Of a DNA stretch of 64,000 nucleotides, positions 36,666 to 48,597 are shown one piece after another. This DNA comes from Amoebophrya sp. A120. Its lineage: Eukaryota > Protista > Dinoflagellata. A program made the position numbers and the translations under genes. Positions within the stretch are counted from its first letter, which is position 1. Each line of letters opens with the position of its first letter. The notes beneath the pieces are model-generated. The model saw only the letters and a list, made by a program, of their open reading frames with translations, was not told where the DNA came from and did no database searches. Location of the stretch: positions 8,832,411 through 8,896,410 of the forward strand of contig CAJINV010000004.1 of assembly GCA_905178155.1 (NCBI GenBank), read 5' to 3'.

Positions 36666-39600
36666 ATGTTGCGTTTGCGAACGAGTAAAGCCGGCTTGCT
36701 TGCCTGTGGGTTCCTGCATGGCTGTCCTTTCTCTGTCGCCGCGGGGAGTTCTTCTGGCGGAGCCTCCAGTAGAAGTTCGAGCGCAGGCAGCGCATCATCG
36801 TCGTATGTTGACTTTCTTCCGGACGATAGCATTCTGCGCTCGGCGGCGGCTCTTTCTGATGACCATCCGACCAAGGTGGCGTCTTTGCGCGAGATTGTTG
36901 GCAACGAGGTTTGTGATGAGGCAATTAAAAGCGCGCTACGGCTTACACGTGGGAACGAAGAAGATGCGGCGCATATGCGAGTGCACGACTCCACGACCCT
37001 CCCCTCATTTACAGAGCATGAACAGCAATACAAGCGTCGACAAGATGAATGCGGAGGGTCTGCAGGACAAATTCACACAGATTTGTAGTGCTGTGTGGAG
37101 GGCCGGCGTTGAAAGAACCTGTCTGTCATGCAGAAAGTATGCCAAGAACAAAAGCAAAGATAAAGACGGGACGCGAAAAGAAAATTTTGCGTGACTAATT
37201 ATTTGGGGAAGTAGGGGAGTCCTCGTGCACTCTCATAGCGCAGATTCTGCTACTCGCAGGCGACCAGGGCGGGGACGATGACGGAACCGAAAGTAGTGGG
37301 ACAGATGAAGAAAGAACGGACCACGGTGCTACTACACCTCCAGGCAGCTCTGCTGCTCTTCCCACATCCAGAGCGAGGTCCTCGACCTCGCGCGGGCGGC
37401 GCTCGCCGCGGAGCCGGTCCGGCAGTGCGGTTTCGCGAATTTTTCAGTCACCAACGTCCCGTCGTACCAAAGAAGTCTCGGGGGCTCCTGCCAAGGACAG
37501 GGAAGACGCAAGAGGACGCGGCCAGGGGGACGTAGCGGAGCTAGCGGCGAAGCTCGGAGCGCTCGAAGTGAGCGAAGTTGTAGACCCCGTAGAGCAGAAC
37601 ATCGTAGAAACGACCATGGGCGGCGCAGGTAAAAGTGGGAGCTGCACGTCCGGGCCCGCGTCCGCTTGTAGTTCCCGTACTTCTCGAGAAATTTGGGGCC
37701 GCGGTAAAATCGTCGCCAATATCGTCCCTTTCGCCGCCGGAGTAGCGGATCTGCCGCGGGAGCAGCTGCGGGCCCGAGCACAAAAAAGGCTCGACGATTA
37801 TGTGGGCACGATTCCGAGCAAGCACGTGAGACTGAGACAGGAAAATGGGGTATTGCGCCAGCTGGGCCGCGATTTTTTGGCTGGCGTGCTGCAGGAAGGG
37901 CTGGCGCGGGAAGAGAGCCGGCGGACGGTGGCGCAGCTGAACAGGGTCAGTAAACGCACCGCGGTCCCCCGACCGTTGGGTACGGAAAACAAGGCTCTAC
38001 TGAATGCACAGCAGACCTATTCCTGCCGCCCTTGGGGGAGTCGTCCCGAAAGTGAACCGGTTCTCCTGCGGTCGCCGGGCCAGACGTCTCACACCATGGT
38101 GTTGCACGAAAAAGAGTATTTCAAAAAGTTACCGGAGATGCAAGAATGGACCTTTATCCTGAGTGAAAACGTCCCGCCCACGATTCATAGACGTCAAGAT
38201 AATTACATGGCAGTTTATTACACAAGCCAAGAACTACATGTTTTGACTGTTTTGCGTGAAAACCTTGCCTCTCTGGTTGTGTAGAAGTCTCAGTCAGCTG
38301 GAGCAGTTGCGTCACAAATCGACCCTGAATGAGGTTGACAATAGCTTGCCGGATAGTTAAAAAAAAAAGTTAGCATCAGAAAATGCTTCCTGTTCTCATG
38401 GAGTTTGCTGCGCATGAGACACAATGTGGACCTGTTGCAGATTCACACGACAAAGAACATGGGGCGGTGCAAAAATTCCTTCAGCATGACAAATATGGGG
38501 TGGGGGCGTTTTTGCGCGTGATCACCATCACGGGAGATTTAAGCCGTCTCGAAGGCTGGTCTACCTCCCGTTTTCGCTTGCCGTACCATATTGAAAAGTG
38601 CCCGCGCGACCCCAAATGTCGAAGTGCTTGTATTGCAAAATTTTTCAATGCTGGAAACATATCCGACCTTGCATGTATCAGCATGACAGGTTTTCAAGCC
38701 AGAGGAGCGGAAGTCTGTGTGGCACAGCGCCAGGTAGTATGTAAGCAGTAATCGTCTTATTGAAGTCGTATAAATGGCTTTAGGAGATTCTAAAGCAAAG
38801 CGCGTCGCGTTCCGTTTATCATCCCCCTGGCATTTGTTTTCCATAGCATTGCAAAAAGTTTCCCTGGGGACGATGAAAATTTGCAATTCAAACTGTTCGG
38901 TCACGTCTGGTGGTGGGGCGGTATTTTTCATTTTGATGCGCCTCTGCTTTTCTATGCGGAAGAAACAATGTTGGAACACTCGATTGGCAACCCGGTCGGG
39001 TTTCGCGGATGGCAGAAAGGAGCAATCCTTTCCCGTAGTTCCCAGCCGGGCCCGGCTCCGGAGGAACCATTTTTCGAGGCGCGCGGTATCCTGAGTAAAA
39101 ACGTACCCACACCAGAGTCAGGATGGGGATTTTGCAACACAAACCTAGGAGTTTTGTGAGTCACGCATGACAAGTTGCGCTCTGCAGTGTAGTGCAGGTT
39201 AGCAAGTGCAGCCGCATCACAGATTCCTCCGCTCATCCTGTTCACAGCATCACAAATTCCAAAACACGCTTGGAAATGACTCTCATGGGCATGCGCATTA
39301 CAAGTCTTCCTGTCTTTGCAAATCTGCATTACAACTCTGGTGTGGGTACGTTTTTACTCAGGATACGCGGATTGAGATATTCTCGACACGAACGCGGAAT
39401 GCATGATCTGGTGCTGAAGTTTTCCGCAATCCTATCAAAAGGAAAAATCCCCCCTCCCCATATCGAAAACGAAATTTGTGATGCTGTATTTGAGTACACA
39501 AATCGACTTGTAATGCTAGAAGGCCAAGAGACGCAGCTGTGGCCTCGTTTGAAGGCAATTTGTCATGCTGTTCCCCACTTCCAGCTGCCCCCTGTCATGC

Positions 39601-40552
39601 TGAAGATGCAAGGCTTTCCCACGCCAACCAGCACTACAGTCCGCATCTTTTCCCTTCTAGCATGACAAAGCTGATTTGTGGCCACAAATCTGCATCACAA
39701 ATCTCTAGTGTGAGTATGGGGTGGGTGGATTTTTCACTTTCATAAATCCCCGTAAGCAGGGACACGCTGGAGGAGCTGTTAGATTTCAAGAGAGGTATTA
39801 CACAGCGCTCGCTATGAAATGTAAAAATGTCTGGGTCTGGAAGAATGCAACTTGTCATGCTAAATCTGAAGCATGCAAAAATCTGTGTTGCGTGTTTACC
39901 AAAAGCTGTCCACTTTTGACCTAATCGAGAGGCAGTTTCTCATGCAGGATAGGCATGAGAAAGGTCTCGCAGAATCTGTCATGCTATGTCCCACATACCA
40001 GACGAGACCTCGTGGGTCATGGAAAACCTGCATGACAAAATCTGGCAATCGTCTAGACCCAGACATTTTTACAGTTGATAATCGCAGTTTCCGACCAATT
40101 GGCTCCTTGCGGAGGGAGACGGGGTTTTCACGTTCATCCGCTGCAGGGAAAACCCGGGAGGCGCCATGGCAGGGGCTCGCTTATCAAATGTAAAAATGTC
40201 TGGGTCTGGAAGAATGCAAGATTTGTCATGCAGCTTTTCCATGACCCATGCGGTCTGGAATGCAGGACCTAGCATGACAGATTCTGTGCGATCTCTCTCA
40301 TGCCTATCCTGCATGAGAAACTCCCTCCCGATTTGGTCAAATAAACTGGACGACTTTTGGTAATCATGCAACACAGATTTTTGCATGCTTCAGATTTAGC
40401 ATGACAAGTTGCATTCTTCCAGACCCAGACACTTTTACATTTGATATCCCTTTGCGGATTCTGATTTCCGCAAATACGGCGACCCCACGAACAAGTATTA
40501 TCACAGTGTGGGCTGCGAAGCGGCCGTCTGCAGCTTGCCCATGCCCGCTTAA
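36666..40552 (+). CDS. Secreted-protein paralog 3 with UBA-like insert (7 elements)
   Basis: Frame restored through 7 elements to GCEAAVCSLPMPA*; same family motifs as paralogs 1 and 2. Confidence 0.8.
36974..37237. mobile_element. Introner-like element, family D (diverged)
   Basis: DR gcgca. Confidence 0.85.
38155..38523. mobile_element. Introner-like element, family B (diverged)
   Basis: DR acctt/accat; removal gives WTFTGDLSRL. Confidence 0.8.
38584..38938. mobile_element. Introner-like element, family F-like (strongly diverged)
   Basis: Weak TIR; DR tgccg/cgcct; absent from both paralogs; removal gives RLPLLFY. Confidence 0.65.
39087..39365. mobile_element. Introner-like element, family B (young, perfect 32-bp TIR)
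   Basis: TATCCTGAGTAAAAACGTACCCACACCAGAGT exact inverted pair; DR cgcgg; site is empty in both paralogs. Confidence 0.97.
39433..39744. mobile_element. Introner-like element, family F
   Basis: DR aatcc. Confidence 0.9.
39813..40080. mobile_element. Introner-like element, family A
   Basis: DR ctcgc/atcgc. Confidence 0.9.
40182..40446. mobile_element. Introner-like element, family A (inverted sister of 39813)
   Basis: DR tcgct/tccct. Confidence 0.9.
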
Positions 40553-41912
40553 ATGACGAAGGATAAGAAATCACTTCTCTTCACAGGAGACCGGGGAGGA
40601 AGCATTTGTTCAACCTAAGTTTTTTACTATCGAGCTCCTTGCACTTAATAAGCACTGCAAATCTATAAATTATTTCTATTTATTGAGTACTACTGCTTTC
40701 GTCGTGTATAATTAATTTGAGCAAAAGGAGTAACTTTGAATCTTATAGTGATGACAAGGTTAAAAAAACAAAAACAAAACGATCAAAGAATCGCAATCTA
40801 CATCTTTCGCACGACATTTTTTCACGAGGTTCGTTACAACTGTAGTCAGATGTGTTTTTTTTCAACAGAGTTAGTGCATTTTTATAGTTTTGAAGCGAGT
40901 ACGCTACCAGCAGCTAGTTATTTTTGTCAAGATTCTTTTCGCTGAGGTATTTTTATTGAAATAGCGCTAAAGGAAAAAGGTGACGGTGAGTAATCGCGTT
41001 TCCACCACAAACAAATAAACAAAAACAAGAACATGACTATGAAGATCTCGAACCCTGGTATTATAATTGAAGCATTTATTCCATTTGAAATAACGCCTGC
41101 TGAAATGAATTCAGGCAACAGGCGCAGCAGCACATTGGGGATGAAGACCGTGGAACATTTACCGCCGGCAGCAACACGCACAGTAGCACTATCACCAGTC
41201 CAGTTACTGCGTTGCATCGAACGAGAAAAATATTAGACCACGTTGGGATCATAATATTATAAGTGCCGCAAATGCGATGACGCAAACAGCTGCTGAGTTA
41301 CTGCAAGCCGGTAAATAGGGAAGTGAAGAAAACGAAGACGTTGAAGCGCGAGAAGTAGAAGCGCGAAGGAAAACAAAATCGCTTTCCCACCAGGTGAAAA
41401 GAGTGTCAACGTAGCACGCCTTTATTTCGCCTGAATTAAATAAAGAGAGTGAAATGAAAGTAAAATACCCCATCTAGGGTGTTGAGTAAGTCATTCACTC
41501 ACGAGTCAAAAAGAAACACTTCTACCGTCGAAGAAGCATCAAAGTGCAGAATTTTTGTTTACCAGCGTAGATAAGTACTGCGCCACATTTTGGGAACAAT
41601 CACACCAGGAATGAACGCCGCTGTAAAAAGGGGACGGGGACAGTGAGCCTGCCTTTCACTACATTGTGAAGTTCGCTACGATCATCGTCGTTTTTTGATT
41701 GGTCATGTAAGAAATTACTACGGTTAATGAATTAATTTCAGGAGTACACGAAGTTCTTGCGCCGGGATCTCATTTTTATTTTTTGTAGAGCTGGAGTACT
41801 TGTCTTCCGCAGTCGCATTTCGGTAAGTCAAGGTCTTGTACAGTCGTGAAGTCGAGCGAGGTGGAATTGGTTTAGCACACATTCGAAATGATCCTTCGGA
41901 GTAAAAACGGGC

Positions 41913-44257
41913 ATGAAGATCTCTGCGAGGAACATCAAACGTTTTAATTGCTCGTGGAAAAAGGGACAAAGGCGTTCCTCGCTTCTCCAAAGATGGTTCA
42001 TCTTTCTGCGCGTCGCGCAGTTTCTGGTGCGCAGCACCTTCGGCGCAATGAGCGGGGCCGGGCGAGAAGAGGATCATCGGGGGGTGGAGGGGGCACGACA
42101 GCATGGTGTGAAGAAAACAAAACCGTTGTTCCGCACTCCGACCCCCTGTCTCCGCACCGGATCCGGCGACCTAGAGTACGGCATTAACCCGTTGGAAAGC
42201 GCGCTTGATGGGTCGAGAGTGTTCAAACACCACGAAATTTTCTGCCACTTTCCCCCCTTCGTCGCGCCAGCGAACCGCACTATTCTGTACGAGTTCAGCG
42301 GCCTCAAGGTCCCCGTCCGCTTCGACTGCGCGAACCAGCGGCAGTGGCACGTCTGGGGCACGTTCGATTTGGGCGTGAAGGCGTATAGAACCTCTGATGG
42401 GGTGTTGCTCACGGAGCAGCAAGCGCGGAGCCGGCACTTTGAGAACTTCCGGGACGTGCCCGGGTTGACCAACATGTTTGCTTCCGGGGACAGCACTACA
42501 AGCAGTCTCACGTTCGCCGAGATGTTCCCCCCCTACACCTACTACGCGCAGAGCATGGACCGGCGGTACCAGTGTCACGTGCACGCGGCCATGCTCCAGG
42601 CGTTCATGCCAGTCTACCAAGTGCCGCTGCCGGTGATGGACGAGGAGTACGACGAGCATGTGCAGGTGTACCAAAGCGTCTGGGAATACTGGAAGTCGCA
42701 TGCGGACGGGATCATAAGAACGACCAAGGTGTGGAACTACAAGAACGGGAGGTTTAGACGTGGGAAAGATGTTGAATCAAAATCTCTTCAAAATCCTAAA
42801 CCTGTACCTGCTTCTTCAGCCTCCACTGCGGCCGCGAAGCCAGTCCCCCACCGTCCCTTCGTCTTCGTCGAGGCTGGCGGGCGCTGGGGCACGTGGGGGT
42901 TCCGCGCGTTGCAGGCCTTGCGGCAATTTGCGCTGACTCAGGACGATCAGGCCCCCGCCGGTGGCGGTGGCTGGACCACAGACGAGAGAACAAGAAGCGA
43001 AGCAGTTGTTCCTGCAAATAAAATTCCATACCACATAACGGATAAAAACGCGTTTCTTCATTTCTTCGAGATGAACCCGATTTTCTGCGACGGGATCCGG
43101 GAGATGGCGAGAGTGAACCACTTCCCACTGTCCACCCACAGGCTCCGCATCTACTGCCGCCCCTTCAATCTGGAGTTGTTTGGCTCGATTCTGGCGGATC
43201 GGCGGCATACGCCGGTCATCGACGTTCTGGACATGGATATTCAGGGCGGGGAGTCCATCCTCTCGGATGTGGACAAAACGTACCCCCTGTTGTGGGACCT
43301 GATGTGCACAAAGGTGAAAAAAGTCATCATCGGGACGCACAACAAATTCACACACGAGGCAATCGTCGAAACCTTCCTCGGGCGGAAGCGGAAAAGTTAT
43401 GAAGTGGGTGCACCAGCAGCTCCTGTGTGGGAGTTGGTCGCCGAGATGCCGCACCGCCACGCCGTGCAAGCAAACATATGGATTGCAAAAATGTCTGGGT
43501 CTGGAAGATTAGAACTTGTCATGCTAAAACCAAATCATGGAAAAATCTGTGTTGCATGACTGCCAAAAGCTGTCCTCTTTCGACCAAGTTGGGAGGGGGT
43601 TTCTCATGCAGGATAGGCATGACAGAGACCTCACAGACTCTGTCATGCTAGGTCCTGCATTCCAAACCTCGTGGGGCATGGAAGATATGCATGAGAAGTT
43701 TGCATTCTTCCAGACCCAGCCATATCTGCATTTGATAAAACAGCACGTTCAGCAACTGGAACTTCACGATGGTGGCAAAAGCGATGGTACCAAAATGAAA
43801 AATCCCCCCTCCCCATATCGAAAGGGAAGTCTGTGATGCTGTATTTGCGTACACAAATCAGCTTTGTCTTGCAGTAGAGCACCCCAGGCAGATACAAAGC
43901 CCGGAAAGGGGTGGCTTGAGGTAGGCACTTAGCATGGCAGACGTCTGCCCCATTGGCGCATCAGCATTACAAATCTCCTGCGAAATGCGGCGGAAGCTCT
44001 GGCTTTGCTCTCTTGCAAGACAAACTCGATTTGTGACCACAAACCAGCAGCGCAAATTTTCGAAAGTACGCCTTTTCGATATGGGGAGGGGGGATTTTTC
44101 CTTACGATAGATGGCGAGGGAACGACGTCGTAATACGGGCAGTTATATCGCTGGTGGTGAAACAGAAACAAGTCGTGAGGATGAGGAACAATTTGGCATG
44201 ATCGCGAATCAGGATGGAGAACTAGTTTTCAGGAACTTAAACCTCATCGGGAAGTGA
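41913..44257 (+). CDS. FkbM-like SAM-dependent methyltransferase
   Basis: FVEAGGRWGTWG (motif I), FEMNP, IDVLDMDIQGGE, VKKVIIGTH; C-terminal QDGELVFRN after removing 2 elements; start uncertain. Confidence 0.75.
43477..43737. mobile_element. Introner-like element, family A
   Basis: DR aaaca. Confidence 0.9.
43788..44109. mobile_element. Introner-like element, family F
   Basis: GAAAAATCCCCCTCCCCATATCGAAA / TTTCGATATGGGGAGGGGGATTTTTC; DR gatgg. Confidence 0.9.
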
Positions 44258-44702
44258 GACGAGCACGAGAAATAAAACGAAAGGTGCAATAAAGCATGGG
44301 ACTGCCACTGTGCGGGCAAAGAATTCATCATCTGCAGAACAGGTCTAAGCTTCTACTTCGCAAGGAACTCCGGCTAATATTCCGCTCATGGATGATCTGA
44401 TTCTTCTCACAAGACTGACACAGTTCTTCAACGAACAATGTCATCTACCTATGCGAACTTTGTAGTTGTGTTTTTCTTTTTCCGAGATACATAGAGAGTT
44501 CGGGTCGTTTGCCTCTATATTTTTCCAGGAGCAGCCGGACGTTGGTTGAAATGCTACTGTATATTTACCCTTCAGAAGTTTATTATATATAAATATGTTT
44601 TGATGAAGAGCCAAAACCATCATGAAGGCGCACGAAGGACATGTCGTACTACTACGCGGCCCACGCAATCGAGTAGTAAGAGGACGACCTACGGGTGGAA
44701 AA

Positions 44703-47281
44703 ATGGCAAGGCACTCTATTCCCGTTCGCCTTGTCACCTTGTTTTCCTTCTTTTCTTTGTACCTCCAGAACGTTCGCGCTCTGAAGTTGTGGAGCTGGAT
44801 CACCGACGGGTGGCTGCCCCGAGTAGTGTGAGCAAAAACGTCCCCACCCCATAGTTGTCATGCTAATCTACACGCTTAAAATCTGTCTCATGCGGAGCCC
44901 CACGAGAAGCATTTTCTAGCCGCTTTTTGGACTTTGTGATGCTCGAATCAGCATGAGCTGCTAGACCTGTGATGCTGCTCCGCTGGCTAAACAGGACTGC
45001 GCTACGTGGCCAAACTTGTCATGCCCAACAGCCAAAGCTTGTTGATTTGTCTAGCAGATTTGCCATCTTGACTACGGGGTGGGGACGTTTTTGCATAGGA
45101 TACCGAGCGGAATTTGTTCTAACGCGAGACTTGTTCGACCCGGTGCGAGACCGCGTGGCCCTCTACCCTCGCGCGTCGCGGGACCTGCAGCTGCGAAACG
45201 CATTGACTGCGGGGGTGGCAGCTGCTGCGCAGGATGACCTTGTTCACGTGCAGCCCCTGGGACGGGCGACCTCCGAGGAGGCACCGAGTCCGACGGGAAC
45301 TGCGATCAATTATGCGGGAACTTCTTCACAAGAAGTACTAGCACCAACTGGTGGAGCAGCTGCTGCTAGAAGGGCTGCTGCTGCTACTGCTGCTCAAGAG
45401 GCGGGTGCTGCTAGTGGAGGTGGTCGTCGTACTGCAGGAGAACACCGAACAAGCGAAACAACTGAGGGGCGCAGCAGTGACGAGAATTCTGGAAGTATTA
45501 ACACGAATCATGCAGAAGCCAGTGCGCCGTCGATGGCCGCCAGCGGGATGATAGTACAACAGGAACAACTACAAGCACAGCCACAGCACGAGTCCGACAA
45601 TAACGATAACCGCAATGACAAGTCGCTCATTCCGCACTGGTTTGATTTCCTGCGTTGCCTCCCCGTGTTCGGGCCCATTTTTCACTCGGGCATGAATCCC
45701 GACGACTTTTCGGATTTCGTGGTGGATCCGAGCTGGGACGTAGCCAGGAAAAAACACTCATCCCCATCCATTTTTTGCATGACAAACACTGCAACGTATG
45801 CACGTTTTGCATGACAAATTGGATGGGGCTGGGTGTTTTTTCCTGGATAGAATGTGCAACACGGGCATTATTCCAGGTGGTTTCCCTGCTTTAACACGGT
45901 AGAGGACCCGGACGAGGGATCCGGGCCCCTGTGCACCGAGCTGACCAACCTGCGCGAGCTTCAGAAAAACTGTCTCTGTTGCTCCGCGACGCTGCTCACC
46001 TGCGGTACGGGCGGCATGCTCGGCACCTTCCCCGACCCGCGCATGATCGGCGTAATTTGGGCGGCCCACGTGGGCGGCTGCGCGGCCTGTCACCTCATGG
46101 TGATCAGTGCGCAGAAGCTGCACGAAAAGTTTCAGCCCGCCGAAGAGAACGACGACGCGGAAACCCGGCCTTGCTGTCTCGGAGTCTGCCGCCTGCGGCA
46201 GCGCCGCCGGCAGCAGGTTCTTGCTGGGGAAGAGGGAGCAGAGGGAGATCTAGAGGCGGATCAGGCCGTTGCTGAGCGTGGTGGCCTTGGACGAGTACAG
46301 CTGCATGCGTGCCGCCGCTGCAGTTCCTTCCTCCGTTCCCACCTGCCGCAAGTCGCCGGTCTGAGTAAGGAATTCAAGCGCCTTCCCCGAAGTAGAGCAG
46401 AGCTTATCAACCGGCGGTTGCCCGAGGGCATCTACCTGCCGGAGGCCGACGACAGCACATTCACCTCACCCCGTCAAGCAGGCGCGCCGGGCACAAGACC
46501 TCTCGTTGCTGGGTTGTGGTGCCTGCAGCTCAGCCCTGCTGACGCCCGCGGTGTGTTCCGCGGCACGGAGGGGGGCGAGGCAGATCCCAATGTTCCGTGC
46601 CCTGTTTGTGCGGAGATGATGGAGCTCCACGGACGAAGATCTCATGAACAGCAATACCGGCCCGGTAAAAATGTTGCTGGGGCTTCATCATCTGCGGTGG
46701 ACACGAGGAGCCGTGGCGGGGAAGGCTCCTCTAGTACTGCAGGTTCAACATCCACTTCTTCATTTCCTTCCCGTTCCAGTATCGGAATTTTGCAGTGCCC
46801 GGGTGAACACGCGATCTGCCGCGGCTGCGCGGAGAATCTCTCCGTCCGCCACATGTGGGAATGCCCCACCTGCCGTGGCTTTGTGGGGGCGCGAACGACG
46901 GTGTGTAGCTCTTTCTCTCGCAGCTGTTCAGTTGACGAAAGACAAGAGCAGCTTCGTGCAAGAGCTGGTCGTGCCGCTGGTGCTGCCTTCAGCGGCCCGC
47001 TCGAGAGGGTGGACGCTGCCGACCCAAGCGAGACGACAGAAGCAGCAGGAAGTGCTGGAGGTACTAGTGCCACGTCGGTGGCGAATGGACGACGCCCATC
47101 TTCGAGGGCCTCGAGGCACTTTGTAGGTTGGGTGCTAGCCGCAGCGCCGGCAGCGGACTCAGCTGCGGCATCGCAGGAGGCGGATCTGTTTTCTCCTCCT
47201 TCATATTGTTCCGGGGCAGCAGGAGCTTTTCAACACGTTCTCGGAGAAGCGAAGCCGGTGCAACAAACCATGACTTTATGA
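44703..47281 (+). CDS. Signal-peptide and transmembrane RING-finger (C3HC4) protein, putative E3 ligase
   Basis: CPVC...CPGEHAICRGC...CPTCR; hydrophobic N-terminus and mid-region; 2 elements. Confidence 0.7.
44824..45102. mobile_element. Introner-like element, family B
   Basis: DR ccgag; left end TAG variant. Confidence 0.87.
45741..45849. mobile_element. Short 109-bp element (family G), also a GT-AG intron 45740-45850
   Basis: CCAGGAAAAAACAC..CCCCATCCA / TGGATGGGG..GTGTTTTTTCCTGG; DR ggacg/gaatg. Confidence 0.8.
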
Positions 47282-47935
47282 AAGAAAAACAGTCTGTTTC
47301 TTTTGACTTCTCCATCAAAAGTCTGTTCAAACGAAAACTGAAGCGATTTATATATGATCCCGCGCATGATTCCCAGATGGTGGTGCAGTTGATCGATGCA
47401 CTTTGCGTAGTTTCAAGCCCATCGCCATATGTAAATAGTATAACAATCGGGTAAATAGTAGCTGGAGAAAAGTACTGACTATCTCCTTTTTGTATCTGAT
47501 CTGCAATGTTGATTTCTCTGTGTGATTCCAATTTGATTTTCGATTTTCGGTTTGTTTACTTGAACGTCAAAAATGTCCTTTCATCTGTGTCGTGGGTGGA
47601 AGAATTATATAAGGGGGCATTTTGTCGTGGCTTTCGGTTTCGTCGGGATCATCTAACTAACTAACTATCTGCAAAGGGCACCTATTCGTCCTGGTGGTCC
47701 ATAATGTCGTTCTTAAACGAATGGGTCAGCACTCAACAGCTGCAGCTCTCTGATGGACGTACTCGTCTTCACGACCGTGTTATTCCGCGAAGCAACAATT
47801 CTGTAAATGCATTCCACAGCTTCATCTCTGCAGACCACTTTATCGCGTGGTTTTCTTCTGCGTTTTTTTCAATCGTGAAAAAATAATAACTCTGTTCTTT
47901 TACGCACAAGCTTATACCGTTTTATTTACCACAAA

Positions 47936-48597
47936 ATGTCGGCAAACTTGACGCAGACGGTTCTGACTCTGAATAAGGAGTTCGACAAGGCTCAGGACAA
48001 CCTGCACTCGATTGCTATGGAAGTGTCAGAATCGAAATTGACAAAATCGAAAAATTTGTGATGCACAAAATCGATGTCAGTTGGAGCCTCAGTCTCCAAG
48101 TGGCGCATGACAAATTTCGGGAGCACCCAAATCCAGTTTGTCATGCAGTTTGGGCGAAGAAGACTCCTCCTGTCATGCTACCCTGGCAGCACATTTTATA
48201 ACCCTAAACAGGCTCACAATCGGTCTCATTTGCCTGCTCCCCAATACAGGCCTTCAGTGCCCTACATTTTACGCATCACAGATCATTTCGATTTTCTTTG
48301 TTGATTTCGATCCTGACAGTTCCATAATTGCCCAGCTCTGCAGCCAAGCGGAAGAGCGGATCCGCAAGTCGCAGTCGCTGCAAAATGACTTTGCACGGTA
48401 CAGGATATTGGTCTGGTGTTTGTCAACTACATACGAGATGAGTACACATGCATGGCAGTATTTGATGTCATGCAAGTAACTAAAGCTATAGCTCTGTCAA
48501 AAATTCTCTCAGGCAATTCCACCGGCTCTCTGAGCAGACGCGGCAGATCATCACCGCTGCAGAGTCGCTGCAAGACACGGATCCGACACTGAAGTGA
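47936..48597 (+). CDS. Small (~76 aa) coiled-coil protein, missed by the ORF track
   Basis: MSANLTQTVLTLNKEFDKAQDNLHSIAQLCSQAEERIRKSQSLQNDFARQFHRLSEQTRQ..., after removing one element and a GT-AG intron. Confidence 0.7.
48016..48326. mobile_element. Introner-like element, family H
   Basis: TATGGAAGTGTCAGAATCGAAAT / ATTTCGATCCTGACAGTTCCATA; DR attgc. Confidence 0.88.
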
